DNA from: Lytechinus pictus
Lineage: Eukaryota
Length of the DNA: 64,000 nucleotides
Reading direction: 5' to 3'
NCBI RefSeq assembly: GCF_037042905.1
Contig: NC_087251.1
Coordinates: forward strand, 8,620,001 to 8,684,000
Shown in pieces: positions 25,753-39,360 of the stretch. The notes below the pieces were generated by a model, which worked only from the letters and a program-made list of their open reading frames with translations, made no database searches and was not told the origin of the DNA. Both the position numbers and the translations under genes were made by a program. Every line of letters starts with the position of its first letter. Within the stretch, counting starts at the first letter, position 1.

Positions 25753-27571
25753 TTAACTCATAATGCAGTGCCTTGTAATTCAACAGAACAAAATATGATA
25801 ATTTCAACAAGAATCTGGCCACCTGATAGAAATTCGATTAATTGCTCTTCAGACAAAGAAAGAATTCTTACCGAATTTGAGTAGATTATGGGTTGAACTA
25901 TACGAACCGTTTATTCGTTTACTATGGAGCGGGGTGCTAATACCCCCTCCCGCTCCCAATGGCCAAATATGTTTATAATATTATAGGCAACCGTATAGGA
26001 CAGCGAGGGAGCGAAGCAACGAGCTGCAGTGTTTGTAGGTACCATAGAAAATATATTTCTTATGAATTTTCACAAAACCACAATGACACCGTTATTATTG
26101 ACAAAAATATTAGAACCTCTTAAAAAAAATACCTGATGGGATCATGATTGTAATCCAGATATTCTCAAATGAAAAAGTGATGCAAAGGAGCTACCCGTTA
26201 GAGCAGTAAAAAAAAATCGTGCATTTACTCTGCATGTGAATGAGAACGCGAAAATAACATTTTTCCTATTTCTTTTCATCTATTTAGCGTGTTTACATCG
26301 CGGACATCCGGAACATCATTCTGTCCTCTATGTCCCATGAATAACTGTCCGTATTCTTTGTATTTTGCCATACATTTTTATTTTGTTTTGTTTCATTAAC
26401 AATAATGCATTGCAAATGTTATGAAGAACACTACATCACAGTAATAATATGCAAACAGTATAGTTATGCAGACACATCATTTTCTTTGATCCCTCCTTTT
26501 GAAATACAAATTTTTCAGAGATTTGCGGAAGAATCTTCTTTCACACCCCTGTTAGATCTGTCTGAGGTACACTCAAGTGCGTATGTTGTAATTATCTTGT
26601 TCATTAACATTGGCAGTCAGGCGAAACTAGAGAGTTTTCAATGAAATGGGTGATTCCCACGGAGAGCCAACACTTGTGACAATATTCTTTTCAACAAGTT
26701 CAACAAAAGATGCTCGCTCGTCACAAGAAAGAGGAAAGAATACATGACCGAACAGCCACCAGTGAACCCTATCATAAGATCTGTAATGACAATATTGAAG
26801 TTTGAAGTAGAAACACAGCAAAGCCGATTCTGAGGTTTGAGGTCTTAACAAGGATTACTGCTGGTAACGATGTTATATTGTTTTCTACGACCTACTGAGA
26901 TTTCCGCTTTGATTTTTATCCTCTCTTAAAAACAAAATCTTCTTGGAGTATCCGCATCCTTTAGTAGCATTGCACGAGTGTGTCAGTAAATACGGAAAGA
27001 TACTTACATCCCTGTACAACAAGCTCAAATTCTTGTAAGAGTAAGTTGGTCAAGAGATGAAGTGTGTTTTTAAAGTGTTGAACAATGCGTGGACTGCAGA
27101 TATGATGGAGAACGTGCAGCATTCATGATATATCGAGAAAAGGATGATGCGGACTGAAAACAATGAATAGTGAAATTAATGCTCAAAAGAGATGTATGTG
27201 GGTATATAGGCCATGGTTGAGGAAATGGAATGAAAGATAGAGGGGGAGAGATCAGTTGTTGAAGAGGGAGAGAGAAAGAGTGAGATAGAGAGAATGAAAG
27301 GGAGGGATGGGGGAGGGGGGAGAGGGGAGGGGTGAAAAGAGAAAGAGAATAGAGAAACGATAGAAAGGGAAATTGAGAAAATTTAAAAAGTAAATTGACC
27401 CGTCTCCACACTATTTGGAAACTCCTCAATATTGAAAGCGGAATGAGTAGGTTCATCCAACCCCCCCCCCCGAAAGTCTGGATCTTTGTTTATATATTAA
27501 AAAATCCTTCTGGACTATACATTCTATCATTCCTTTACTTAGTTTGATGACGCATCGTTATGTGCTAAAAT

Positions 27572-28051
27572 AGATGGTTTCAGACCGCCTCGAAGTTCGC
27601 CAGTTCCAGGTATTCTCTGATCGGGAAATTTACCCCGATCAGAAAATACCAGGTATTTTGGCGGTCTGAAAGCAAACTACGCGTAATATCCCCGAAAGAA
27701 AATACCCGATAAATAGTAGGTACTTGGCGAAATTACGAGAACTTTCGCGGGGATTTTTCCAAGGTCGTGGGTATTTTGGCGGTCTGAAAGCAAATTACGG
27801 GAACTTTTAGCCCAGCGTGTCGTTGGGTGCGGCGCCGTGCATGGGTTGCTGCTGGGCTAGTGATTTTGAATTTCGCGCCTTGCTGCTTATCAGACCATAC
27901 TGCGCATGCTCGTAACTTCAGGAACTTATCCCGAAGGGTATATGTTTCAGGGCGGTGTGAATGCAGGAATAATTAATGGGTATTTTTCAGCCTAAAAAAG
28001 TTCTCGTAATTTAACGGGGATTCTTGTGATCGAGGCGGTTTGAAACCACCT
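27572..28051. mobile_element. MITE (Harbinger-like)
   Basis: TIR AGATGGTTTCAGACCGCCTCGA / TCGAGGCGGTTTGAAACCACCT; internal GGTATTTTGGCGGTCTGAAAGCAAA duplication. Confidence 0.75.
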
Positions 28052-31000
28052 ATTGGGACATGCTGATGCATTGTAAATTACATCATATACATTCAAATTT
28101 GAATTATATTTTTGATTAATATTAACACTCACCACCCCCCCCCCCCTTTGGGGTAAATTTTTTTATTAAAGAACATAATATACAGTATTTTTATTTAAGT
28201 ATTTTTTGGAAAGCCTTTACGTTTTAATTCAGTTTTTCATCGTCGTGGTAACTTAATGAAATGACTAGGTTTTAAGAAGGCGTTAGCTCCTGCGAAGGAG
28301 CTTTCCCACGATTTAAATTGTGTTTTTACATGGCTTCACTCCTTTCGAGGTTTTTTTTACGGATAAATTTTTGCTGGTGAGTCATAACCTGAGCTTTTAG
28401 ACAGTTAGATATTGGATTCGGATAATACTCTTACATGCTCTAGTTAAAGTATGAACATTAATCTTATTCTCAAACACAGCGATATGACAGATTTTGCGAG
28501 AATGTACTTAATCACATACTTGCATACATCTGTTATATATCAAGGGATGAGCATCTAAATGAAATTCCATTTTAAGGTTTCATTCAAACTCATTTCAGTT
28601 TGCTTTATCAGTAACGGTGCCAGTCTCGAGAACGTTTTTTTTTCTTCATACATGCATCACCTTTTAGTGTTATCCATGCACGCCCAGATTTGAGATTTGC
28701 CTATTTTCATGACTTTAAAGATACCATAAACTACTGTGCGCATCTTTTCTTTTTCAATCCGTGTATAGAAACAAAACTACCATACTTAACCCAAACAATG
28801 CTTTTATTCCTTTTAGTCATGGGATAGAATGAAGATGCATTTTCCCTATTTCTTTTCTTTGTAACTGTAGTCTCGCCCCAGGCTGTGTTCACTGCTAAAA
28901 TCACTTGAGTAGAGCTTGCTTTAGAAAACGTATTGATAGAAGACAAGAAGAAACAGAATTATACATGTGAGGGGTCTTGCGTATAGATTCACTTCAAAAG
29001 GAAGTCATATGAATGACATATACACAGAATCCTAGAATTAGGATTACATCTTTACAAATGTAGAGTCTTAATTCAGCAAAATTATTCATTCGAAATCCAC
29101 TCAGCTTTTTACCAGAAAGGATGAGGAATTAGAAACGCGGATAATGAATACAACCAGACATCATGAGTGTGTGATTTGTAGAAATTATCCTCCATCAAAA
29201 CTTAGCATTTCATGTTGAAAAACGCAGTGAGTATAAAGAGAAGAGATTATTAGGGCCTACTCTACAAGAATTTTAATGACACTTGTTTGCAACCACTACA
29301 AAGATATAACTGAAACATAATTAAATTATCCACTTTTACAAGATCTTTCCCAGTTGAAATGACCTTCATCTGTCCACCCTTTCATTAAAACAATTCGACA
29401 AGATTCTCTTATAAAAGATATTTAAATCATCGTCAAATACTGTAGCCAAATATCAAGAGTTTTGCTCCTCACCTCTGAATCCAATTTCTCATCAGTTATT
29501 AATTAAAAGGAAAGGGATGAGGGATGAAACAAAATTAACTAAAAATTAGGTTTATCTAGATTTTTTTTTCACTGACATTATTTCAGATTATTTTTCATCT
29601 TCATGTATTCCGTTCGTCTATTTCTGTTTGTCATATTCTATATGACAAATGAAAATATATTCTTATCTATTCTATTTTTATTTTGTCATGTTTTTGTATT
29701 CTTTGATTTGTTAGCAACAAGCAGATTGTATCGAGTAAAATTTGGTATCTTTGCATCACTATACCGTGGATCGTGAGCCAATCATTTCTGTTATTCATTC
29801 TTCGAAAGAAAGGAAATGCCAGATAACTTACCTGATAACAGATCCACATCTCCTTCCATTAAAATCAAATCTTATAAATGCTAAGTTATAGCACAACCAG
29901 TCTCAAACTAACCCAATTCGTTTAGATTTGATTGTTCCCGGTTATCTAATAATTGGCCCCGGTCTTCAGTTGCAGCAATATAATCCTTTAGAAAAAAAAA
30001 CTTGCCGCCCTTTTTCTTTTGTGACAGCTATGTAATTTCCACGATTCTGCTGTAATTTCTACCCAATCCCCCTCGCTTTTTCTCCATTTATCTCACTCTC
30101 TCCCTTCGCTCTCTTTCCCTCCCTCTCTATCTTCCCCAAACCTTCCTGTCTCCGTATATAGTATTTTCCTTTTTTTTCGATTTTCTTTCTCACTCACTTT
30201 TTGTTTTAATCTCCTTCCATATTTGCTTCTCCATCCATCTATCCATCCATCCATTTCTCTCTTTCATCCACGTCAATATTTTTCTCTCAGGGGCTTATGA
30301 TTTTTTTCTAATATGTAATGGTATACATCTTCCATGCATTCTATTTAAGAATCTATGGGCTTGGGGCCTTCTCACTCTTGAGTATTATTTATCCACAGGT
30401 GGGAAATAAACCCGAATGAAACTCATTTCATATCTATAGACGCTATTAAGATTTGGCATTGATTCACAAGAATATCCACTCAATCTCCAGTCAGTATATA
30501 AATACAGTAACCATGGTAACGTATTAAACTTTGTCCAAAAGAAGAAATATGTTACAAGGACATTATAGTGTTTGCGAGGAAGGAGGCAAACTCATCAACA
30601 TAAGGGCACACTTGAAAATATAAGAGCATCATTATTGTATTTGAGATGCAAAAATAGACATATAAACACTTTAATTATTGATGAAGATTTGTATATATAT
30701 ATATATATATGTGCATATGAGAAAGTATAATTCAATTGTCATGTTCATTTCTTTGTAAAGTAGTTACACTGACATATCTTTATTTCTTCCTTTCTCACTG
30801 TAAGTTCGCTAAGAGCGAATTTCGGAAATATCCATTTATTTCAAATGAAGTATTAATGTTACGATGGAGATTTCAATTAACTAAAATATGAATTCAGATG
30901 GTGTGTTTGAATGAAGAAAAAATATATACATCGCAGGAGAAAGTGAATGAAACAAAGACATGAAAGTAGAAAAGATGTGAATGAGTGATACATTGTCAAA

Positions 31001-32920
31001 CGATTAGTCTTTTACTTTCATGCCATCAAGTTAATCCTATATTATGAATTGAATCAACAGTTTCAGTAGTTGTCCCCACTCAAAATATAACACCTTTTTA
31101 ATGTATGCAGTCACATGAGCCTAGGGACACAAATTTAACGGTCGTTTGGCTTTTAATGGCGCCTCTCTCTAAAGAAGTAGTCAGACATTAGATGATTGAA
31201 CTGCGTTATACACCACCACTTCTCCACCAAAGAATCCCTTTCAGTTACTCTGATTCCAATCTTAAATGATTCTTTTATAGATTTTGGAATCACTACCAGT
31301 TCCTTAGGACACAGGAGATTACTATTTACCTCCATCAAACTTTCCATCTTGGCCTTATATACGGATCTCCTTCGTATATCTCCAATGTGAATGGTATATT
31401 GTTAGCATACTTTAGGGGTTTAGAATTTAGACGAGTAAGAAGAAACCCATGGGTTTAGGGTCGTTTCTTCCCAATGCAGTAATCCAGTTCAAATAACCCA
31501 AGGAAATTTCAACAAAACTGGAATTATGTTTGCAAACTTTATTTCGATGTTACGTAATATATAACAATGTCTGTAGAAGGTTAGGATGGGCAATTAAGAA
31601 AAGGAACGAGTACTGCAACTTTGACCATAGTAGGGTCCATGCTTTGACAGTGAATACATCTAAATTAGGAGACTCTCTGGAAAATATTCATGATTTTGAA
31701 GAAGGGAGAATAAATACGTTTTGTTTGCCGCGTAAGATGAAATATCAAGAATTGAAAGGAATAAATAACTAGCCTCTTGAAAGAATTGTATGAAGTTTGA
31801 TTGAACCTACCGAAAATGAATTGTTTGTCATATACTTTGAATCTCCTTTGAATGTACAGTCCAACTTTAAAACAATTCTCATCAACTGACGCATAGCGTG
31901 CGGCGTTGGTTTGTTTTAGGTAAAAGGTATTCATGTATTTTCCAGAAATTGCAGTAAACATAGCAAAGAAAATATGTAAACAAAATAACGATGTCTTTCC
32001 ATCTTCATACTTTTCTTTGCATTTGTTGTTATAATCATCTTTCTTATTCCTATGATGATGATGATGATCATCATCACCACCACCACCACCACCACTATAT
32101 AATATTAATTGTTGTTATTATCATATAATTTGATATGATGATGATAAAATAAAATTGATTGCAATAATATGAAAATGATTATTAATTTAACTCATTTCAC
32201 TATTGTTCATCATCATTGTCATGATCATTTCCATACCACTTAGATGGCATCTTAAAAACTTTGGACTGATTCTTTTGGGTATACTTTCTTTAAACATGAC
32301 TTCTTTGGACAACGTACTAGTATGTAATATTCCAAGTGCGATGTTTCAATTTCTAATTGATTAAAGATGTTAAGGTATGTTCATTTCATAAATTACGATG
32401 ATGTAAAAGTTGACGAACAATTTGAAAGGATGACGTCATGGTAACAGCGTCTCTGATGACATTCTTGTTTTTCGAGACGACTAATTATATTGATTAGATT
32501 CGTCAGAGCTTTGACATTTGATTTCTTTAAGTTGCCTCAAAAAGAACATACTGAATCACAAAGCAGAAAATTTGTGCATTCTTTAGAACAATGGACGAGC
32601 ATGATGGAGCGAGAAGAAACATAGGAAGGACGACATTCTTTTACACAATGAAAAAACAGATAACATATATTTAACCTCCCCACAAAACAATGATTACAAG
32701 ACAACACACAACTGACTCTGATGCACTAAAAATGAAAATGGACTGCTTCGAAAAATCTTATTTTGGAACCTTTCTTATATAAAGCGAGATCCAACTCAAA
32801 TAGAAGGTTTATTTGATGAGAAACAAAAAAAAAAGTTGGCAAAAGATTGAACAAAATCAGACGAACAATAAGAGGCTTACAAATCTTGAAAAGTTGGAGA
32901 GAAAAGTTTAAAAAGTTGTA

Positions 32921-35900
32921 ATGGTTCTCTTGACATGCTTGAGGTTCAGTGATCTTAGTTTAATCCATTTCAATTCAAGAAGCATGTATAAGAATTTTGA
33001 TACAATTCATGATTTCATATGCGAACTAAATTGTCAATTTTCTGTGTACGGATTTAGCGAGACTTGGATACATGAGCGAACACCCTTATCGTTATTTCAT
33101 ATTAATAATTATACTCTTTTTCATAGTGATAGATTGAAAAGCAAAGGTGGCGGTGTTGCGATGTTTATACATAATACTTTCAATGTTATTGAGAGACAAG
33201 ATCTTCATTTATCTCTCAACCTTTGTGAATCTCTCTTTATTGAGATAAGTATACCTAAACATAAAAATATCATAGTTGCTGTCATATATAGAGACCCGCA
33301 TACAAACATTTATGATTTCAATATAGCTCTGAACGAATGTTTACGTACAATAACAAATGAAAGTAAAGAAACCTATAATGGGAGACTTTAACATTAATTT
33401 AATGAATTCTTTAACTGTAAATTATATGAATGACTTTGTAAATATTGTTTACGATAACTCTTTTCGCCCCCTAATCAATAGACCCACTCGAATCAATAAC
33501 TCATCGATGACTCTCATTGATAATATTTTTACAAATGTGTGTGATAAGAATGTTAAAGCTGGTATCCTATATAATGACATCACTGACCATTTACCCGTTT
33601 TTTTCTATGACTGAAAATAAACGCATTGAGAATGCTTTTAGATCACATCAGTCAAATTATTCTATGAAATGTATAACTTCTACAACTATCAATGCTTTGA
33701 AAAAAGAGCTCTCTGAGATTAGTTGGACTGATGTATTATTATTTGACGATGTTGACTTTGCTTATGAACGATTCTTGTATAAATTCAATGAAGCTGTAGA
33801 TAAAAAGTGTCAAAAGAAATGTCGTAAAAAGAAATATGTTCCAAGGAAACCTTGGGTATCTCCTTCTATTCTAAGATGTATTAATAAGAAAAATAGACTC
33901 TATATATGCTTTTCACACTGCACTTTTTTTCCTTAACCCCAGGAAATTGGTGGGGCTAAGGGGGGGGTCTTAGCCCCACCAATTTCCCGGGGTTAAGCTT
34001 AGCCCACTTCGTTTTCACACTACGTTTTAGCAAAGTGGGCTAGCACGGTAAATAGTACGGTACTATCTGGCCCTGCAAAAAAGCAGGGTTAGCCGGCTTT
34101 ATTGCTAGCACCACAATTGCGGTGCTAAGAGATGCAGTGTGAAACGAAACAGGGCTTAGCAAAAGTGGGGCTAAGCATTAGCCAATCACAGAAGTCGAAA
34201 TTGCACGTTAATCGCGCTCTGTATGGTAAAATCATCACTATGTATGACCTGTGTGATTGCCCAGGGTTAAGGCGTTAACCCCGACTAAGCAAATAGTACG
34301 GGGTTAAGAAAGACAGTGTGAATATAAAAAAAGATAGTATAGGGTTAAGGATAGTCCGGGGTTAAGGACAGTATGGGGTTAAGGAAATGCAGTGTGAAAA
34401 GCATATATAAGATATTTTGTATTAAACGTGATGTTCAATCGCATACTAAATTCAAAAGATATCGTAATATCTTAAATAATACACTAAAGCTTGCCCGTAA
34501 GCAATATTATTGCGAATTATTACAAGCAAATAAAAATAATCTTTCTAAGGTATGGAAAATTTTAAACAACTTAATTGGCAAGGGCAAAAAGTCTGATTTC
34601 CCCTCATTCTTCATAAAAGATGGGAATAAAATAGATAGAGATGAAGACATTGTTGAAGAGTTTAATACATATTTTTCTAATATTGCTTTATTAGCTCGTT
34701 CAAAGTTGGACAAATCAGTCATTTCTAAATTTACTTCATATTTAAAAAATCCTTGTAGTAAATCGTTATTTTTAAATCCAACAAATGCTAATGAAATAAT
34801 AGATATTGTAACTAAGCTCAAAAGTAATAATAGTACAGGTTTTGATGATGTTTGTACTAATTTAATCAAAAAGGTAATCCAACTTATAGCTGATCCACTA
34901 GTTCATATCATAAACTTGTCTTTTTGTTCCGGTAAAGTCCCTAACAAAATGAAGATAGGTAAAATAATCCCTGTACACAAAAAAGGTGATAAACATCTCT
35001 TTTCGAATTACAGACCAATAATTTTACTACCTTGTTTTTCGAAAATATTGGAAAAGATTGTATACAATAGAACACTTTGTTATTTAAACAAAAACGAATT
35101 ACTAAATAATGCCCAATATGGTTTCAGACCAGGACACTCATGTGAACATGCTCTTATTGATTTACATAATGTACTTATTATCTCCTTTGAAAATAATCTA
35201 CACTCTTTTGGCATTTTCCTTCTTTCCAAAGCATTTCCAAAGCATTCGACGCTATTGATCATAAAATTCTTCTGTATAAATTAAAACATTTTGGTATTCG
35301 GGGCATAGCATGGGATTGGTTTTTTAGTTACTTAAACGATATATATCAATTCACCTTTTTTAATAACTGTCAATCTTCTTATTCTAAAGTTCAATGCGGA
35401 GTACCGCAAGGTTCAATATTGGGGCTACTTTTATTCATTTTGTATGTCAATGATTTATGTTATGTATCTTCTTTTTTTCGCTTTATACTTTTCGCAGATG
35501 ACACTAATATAATTTCTTCACATAGTAATTTTAATGAACTTTTAAATGAAACTAAGAAAGAGTTATGCAAAGTGACAGACTGGTTTGGAGCCAATAAATT
35601 AATAATAAATTATGATAAAACCAATGTTATGTATTTTTGTAAGCCAAACATTTCGTGTAATATATCTGCTGTTAAATTAAAACTAGGTTCGACAATCCTG
35701 AATGTAACTAAAACAGTCAAATTTCTAGGTATAATTTTAGATGATAAATTAACTTTTACTAATCATTGTTTACATATTTGTAACAAAATATCCAAAAGTG
35801 TAGGAATACTGTGTAAATTGAAATCCATATTACCTGAAAAGAATTTAATTATGCTATACAACTCTTTGATTCTACCTTATATTCAATATTGCAACATAAC

Positions 35901-36324
35901 ATGGGCCAGTGTTGGAATAACTAAATTGGATTGTATCCACAAACTCCAGAAAAAAGCACTACGCATTTGCACCAATTCTCCATATCTGACACCATCAGGG
36001 CCATTATTTTTTAGATTAAAAACAATGACAGTCTACGATATTCATAAATTTAAGATTGCTACACTTATGCACGCAGTTAGATATAGATATGCTCCTATTA
36101 ATATCATCGATCTTTTTCAATATAACTACGACTTTCACCGATACAATACTCGCTCTGCTAATAGCTTTCATTACCCTATAACAGCTTCAACCTTAATTCT
36201 GAACTCTTTTAAGTTTACCGGACCACGAATCTGGAATCATCTCAATGTATGCCTTTTTTCATGTTCAAATGTTTCTTCGTTTAAATGCAAACTAAAAAAG
36301 ATCATTATTAGTACCTATTCCTAA
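32921..36324 (+). pseudogene. Disrupted LINE ORF2 (endonuclease-reverse transcriptase)
   Basis: ORF pieces 32921-33391, 33357-33614, 33517-33936, 34373-35284 and 35419-36324 are colinear parts of one ORF2, broken by frameshifts (~33370, ~33605, ~35230) and a MITE. Confidence 0.88.
33905..34405. mobile_element. MITE inserted in LINE ORF2
   Basis: TIR TATGCTTTTCACACTGCA / TGCAGTGTGAAAAGCATA; removing it with one TATA restores NKKNRLYKIFCIKR. Confidence 0.85.
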
Positions 36325-37970
36325 TTTGAATTCAAACTCACCTCATTTATATATGTAATATTGTTGTTAATGAATGAACCATGATGATGGATGTTCGGGT
36401 GTGCTTTTGTGAGTGATGATGACGATGTTTCTCGGTGGATGTGTCTGTGTGTGAATGAGCATGTTTCGCTTCCCCCCCCCCTTCATCTGATGTGTACATA
36501 TATTAATTACTGTATTCTTTGGAGGCTTCTTATTTTCAAGTGTAAACTTTTTGTTGCCCTCCTTTTCTTGTAATTATATTTCTATATACGAATGTACAAT
36601 TTGATGATGTTTTATTATTATCAAGAATAAATTGAATTTGAATTGAATTGAATTGAATTGAATTCTTAAGATCAAGGTCGCAAAATGGTTATTGTATTGA
36701 TAACTTTTGTTGTAAATTACGAGCTTTGAAAGGACTATAATGCTTTAATGTCATCTAAGAGTATGGATTAATTTGTGATCAAGCATATGTGATGCTGTTC
36801 AAAACATGAAAAGAATGTCACGGTTTGTTACATTACATCAATGTGTTTTTCGAAAAGATGTTTACCACTTTCACTTTCCCGTGAATGAAATAAAAGAACC
36901 TTCTCATTTAATGTATTGGAATGGAAGGTCATTGAAGTTCGATTTTAAAGTTCTATTTCAAGAAGCCCCCCTTCCCTCTTTTACTTTACAAATGCCTCAT
37001 CACAATGTTCTTTTATCTTTGCTATGTTTGCAATACCACAAAAGAATGCATCACAACATTGCCAATCTATAAAACACGATAACTATGGAATGTCGCCCTC
37101 AATCTATCTTTCTCTTATTTCAGGCCATGATCTAAAATTGTTCCAGAAAGTAGTAACCACAATTCCATCACTTAATTAAATAGTGACTATTGTATGATGT
37201 TTTATTTTATGCGTAATTGTTTCAAGACTCTTTATTGATGTGTGTTTCTGAATAAATAAATTCATTTTGATGCGTATTATCCCGCCCATAACCGCCACAA
37301 CCCATACAGATCAAACTCGCCACATGATGATGCATTCGTTTGTCATTCTTATTCCGATGATGTAAATCATTCATCTTAATGTTATCTTGATTCAAGGGTA
37401 GATTAAAATTACTACTCCTTAATGCTTGATAATTGATTGTAATTTCAAATGTGTTGTCATTATGACATCCTGAAATTTATGTACAAAGTGCAAGAAGTGG
37501 GAGGCTAAGTAAATGAAACGTATGCAAAACAATACCAAATGAGGTAGGTATAATTTCCATAAGTAGAACAAACTATGGGTGGGGGTAGTTGTACCCCGAT
37601 ATGGGAAGTTTAACCTGATGTCAATTTGATTTTAATAAACGCAGTGAAATGAATTCACTTATGCGTTCAATAAAAATGATACACATTTGAAATAAAAAAT
37701 GTTCAATCATCAGTAATGACACTTATTATGTAATAATATAGGGCATATGCTTGCTTAATACGTCACAAAATCGATACTTAAAAATGCATAACATGTTTTT
37801 CTCAGTTGGATTTTTGCTAAATATTTATTAATAATTGTCTCATTTTTCTAACTTCATTTTAGGATGAATCGCACAAATGTGCTATGAAACTTTTTTTTTA
37901 CAATTATTTATCATAAATGCTTTTAACTCATTCCTTGACCTTACAATTTTTTGTGAAAAGTAATGAAATT

Positions 37971-37997
37971 TAATCAATCAATCAATCAATCAATCAG

Positions 37998-38054
<57 letters not shown>

Positions 38055-38080
38055 TAATCAATCAATCAATCCTCAATCAT
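37971..38080. repeat. (CAAT)n microsatellite
   Basis: About 25 AATC units. Confidence 0.9.
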
Positions 38081-39298
38081 TAAAAAAAAATCGCTGTAGG
38101 AAGTTAAACAACAACTAATTAATCAATTCGCATTTTTATTCACATAATATCCAACTCCATGTTCTTATCAATTACTGCTTTTTTATCTATGCTCTACCCT
38201 TCCTACTTTTTCCATCATTTCTTTTAAATCTCACCTTCTCATTTCCTTCTCCTTCATTTGTATTCTCGATCTTTTCTATCTCTTTTTCTTTTGTTTCACT
38301 ACTTTATAATACGTTCTCCCATTTTCCTTAGATGCGCTCATCCGTCTTGATAACTTGCTTTCAAAAGTCATTAAGCTTCTCGTATTATGTCTCTTTCGCG
38401 CTATAAACGTACACCTGGATGGACGGGGATGGATTAGATCTGAAAGTAGGATGATCTCTTAATCGAAAGGTATTACACAAAGTTTGACAATGAACTTTAA
38501 TGAAGATTAAATGCATAGAAAACACCATGTTTACCACCTGGTTGATGTGTTCTTGATGATATACCAATCAGACAGTATTATGATGGACAAGAGGCGCCAG
38601 CAGGACGGCTATCACATCACATGTCAGGTGTGTACAGGTGGGGTTGGGGGAGGGGTGAGTGAATGATAGATGATGGAGAGAGAACAACAGAAGGGTAACT
38701 GATGGAATTAGAAGGATCTTTTTTAACAGGAAGTACAAGGGAAAAAAAAAACATAATTCAAAACACTGCATTTAGACGGCTGAAACATCCTGAATGTATA
38801 CACATTTACATAGACATAATAAGTCTACATACATACACACCTTACAAAAGTCAACCTTACAATCGGGGAAAGCACAGACAGCAGTGTCCAACATGGACAT
38901 AACACACGGGACATTTTTTAAATGAAATGATAGAATCATGTTATGTGGGGTTTTGTTTTTTTAGGGGGGGGGGAAGAAGGGGGAGGATGAGTGTGGGTGT
39001 GTGTGTGTGTCAAACAGGTGTTGTTTCATTTATTTGAAGTGTATGTACGAGCGCGAGCGTGTGTGAAAGAGGAACTTTGGAGATAGGTGAGTGCGCGATG
39101 ATTTGTCTCCGTGTTATTTTTTTTAAAGGAGCCTGGTATTCTTGATTACGAGTTTTGTCTTATTTTTTTTTTGAATAATGATTAACACACTTGATGGTGA
39201 TCGATTTATGCTGAATACTACTGATAACCAAAAGCTAAGAGAGAAGAAACGGAAGAATACATTGCCATTTTCTTGTACTTTTCTCTTTCTTTCTTTCT

Positions 39299-39360
39299 CT
39301 GCGCCTTGGGCACTCTGCCGAGTGGATTTGGCGCATTACAAATCACATAAATATTATTAT
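39299..39360 (+). mobile_element. SINE/L2-type 3' tail fragment
   Basis: GCGCCTTGGGCAC...GTGGATTTGGCGCATTACAAAT...TATTATTAT. Confidence 0.4.

Larger units (their letters stand above)
32921..36665 (+). mobile_element. 5'-truncated L2/CR1-clade non-LTR retrotransposon
   Basis: APE endonuclease motifs (HFNSRS, GFSETW, GGGVAMFI, MGDFNINL, LIDNIF, ITDHLPVF); RT motifs (NYRPI, QYGFR, GVPQGSILG, LFADDTN); 3' UTR, AATAAA and (GAATT)n tail. Confidence 0.92.

Noticed and set aside
28731..28946. QVILAVNTAWGET resembling an FN3 strand
   Set aside because: Too short, with no supporting splice sites or neighbouring exons identified.
31153..31390. Charged minus-strand ORF
   Set aside because: No recognisable domain or exon structure; possibly an old TE remnant.
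34507..35262. Antisense ORFs within the LINE
   Set aside because: Shadow frames of ORF2.
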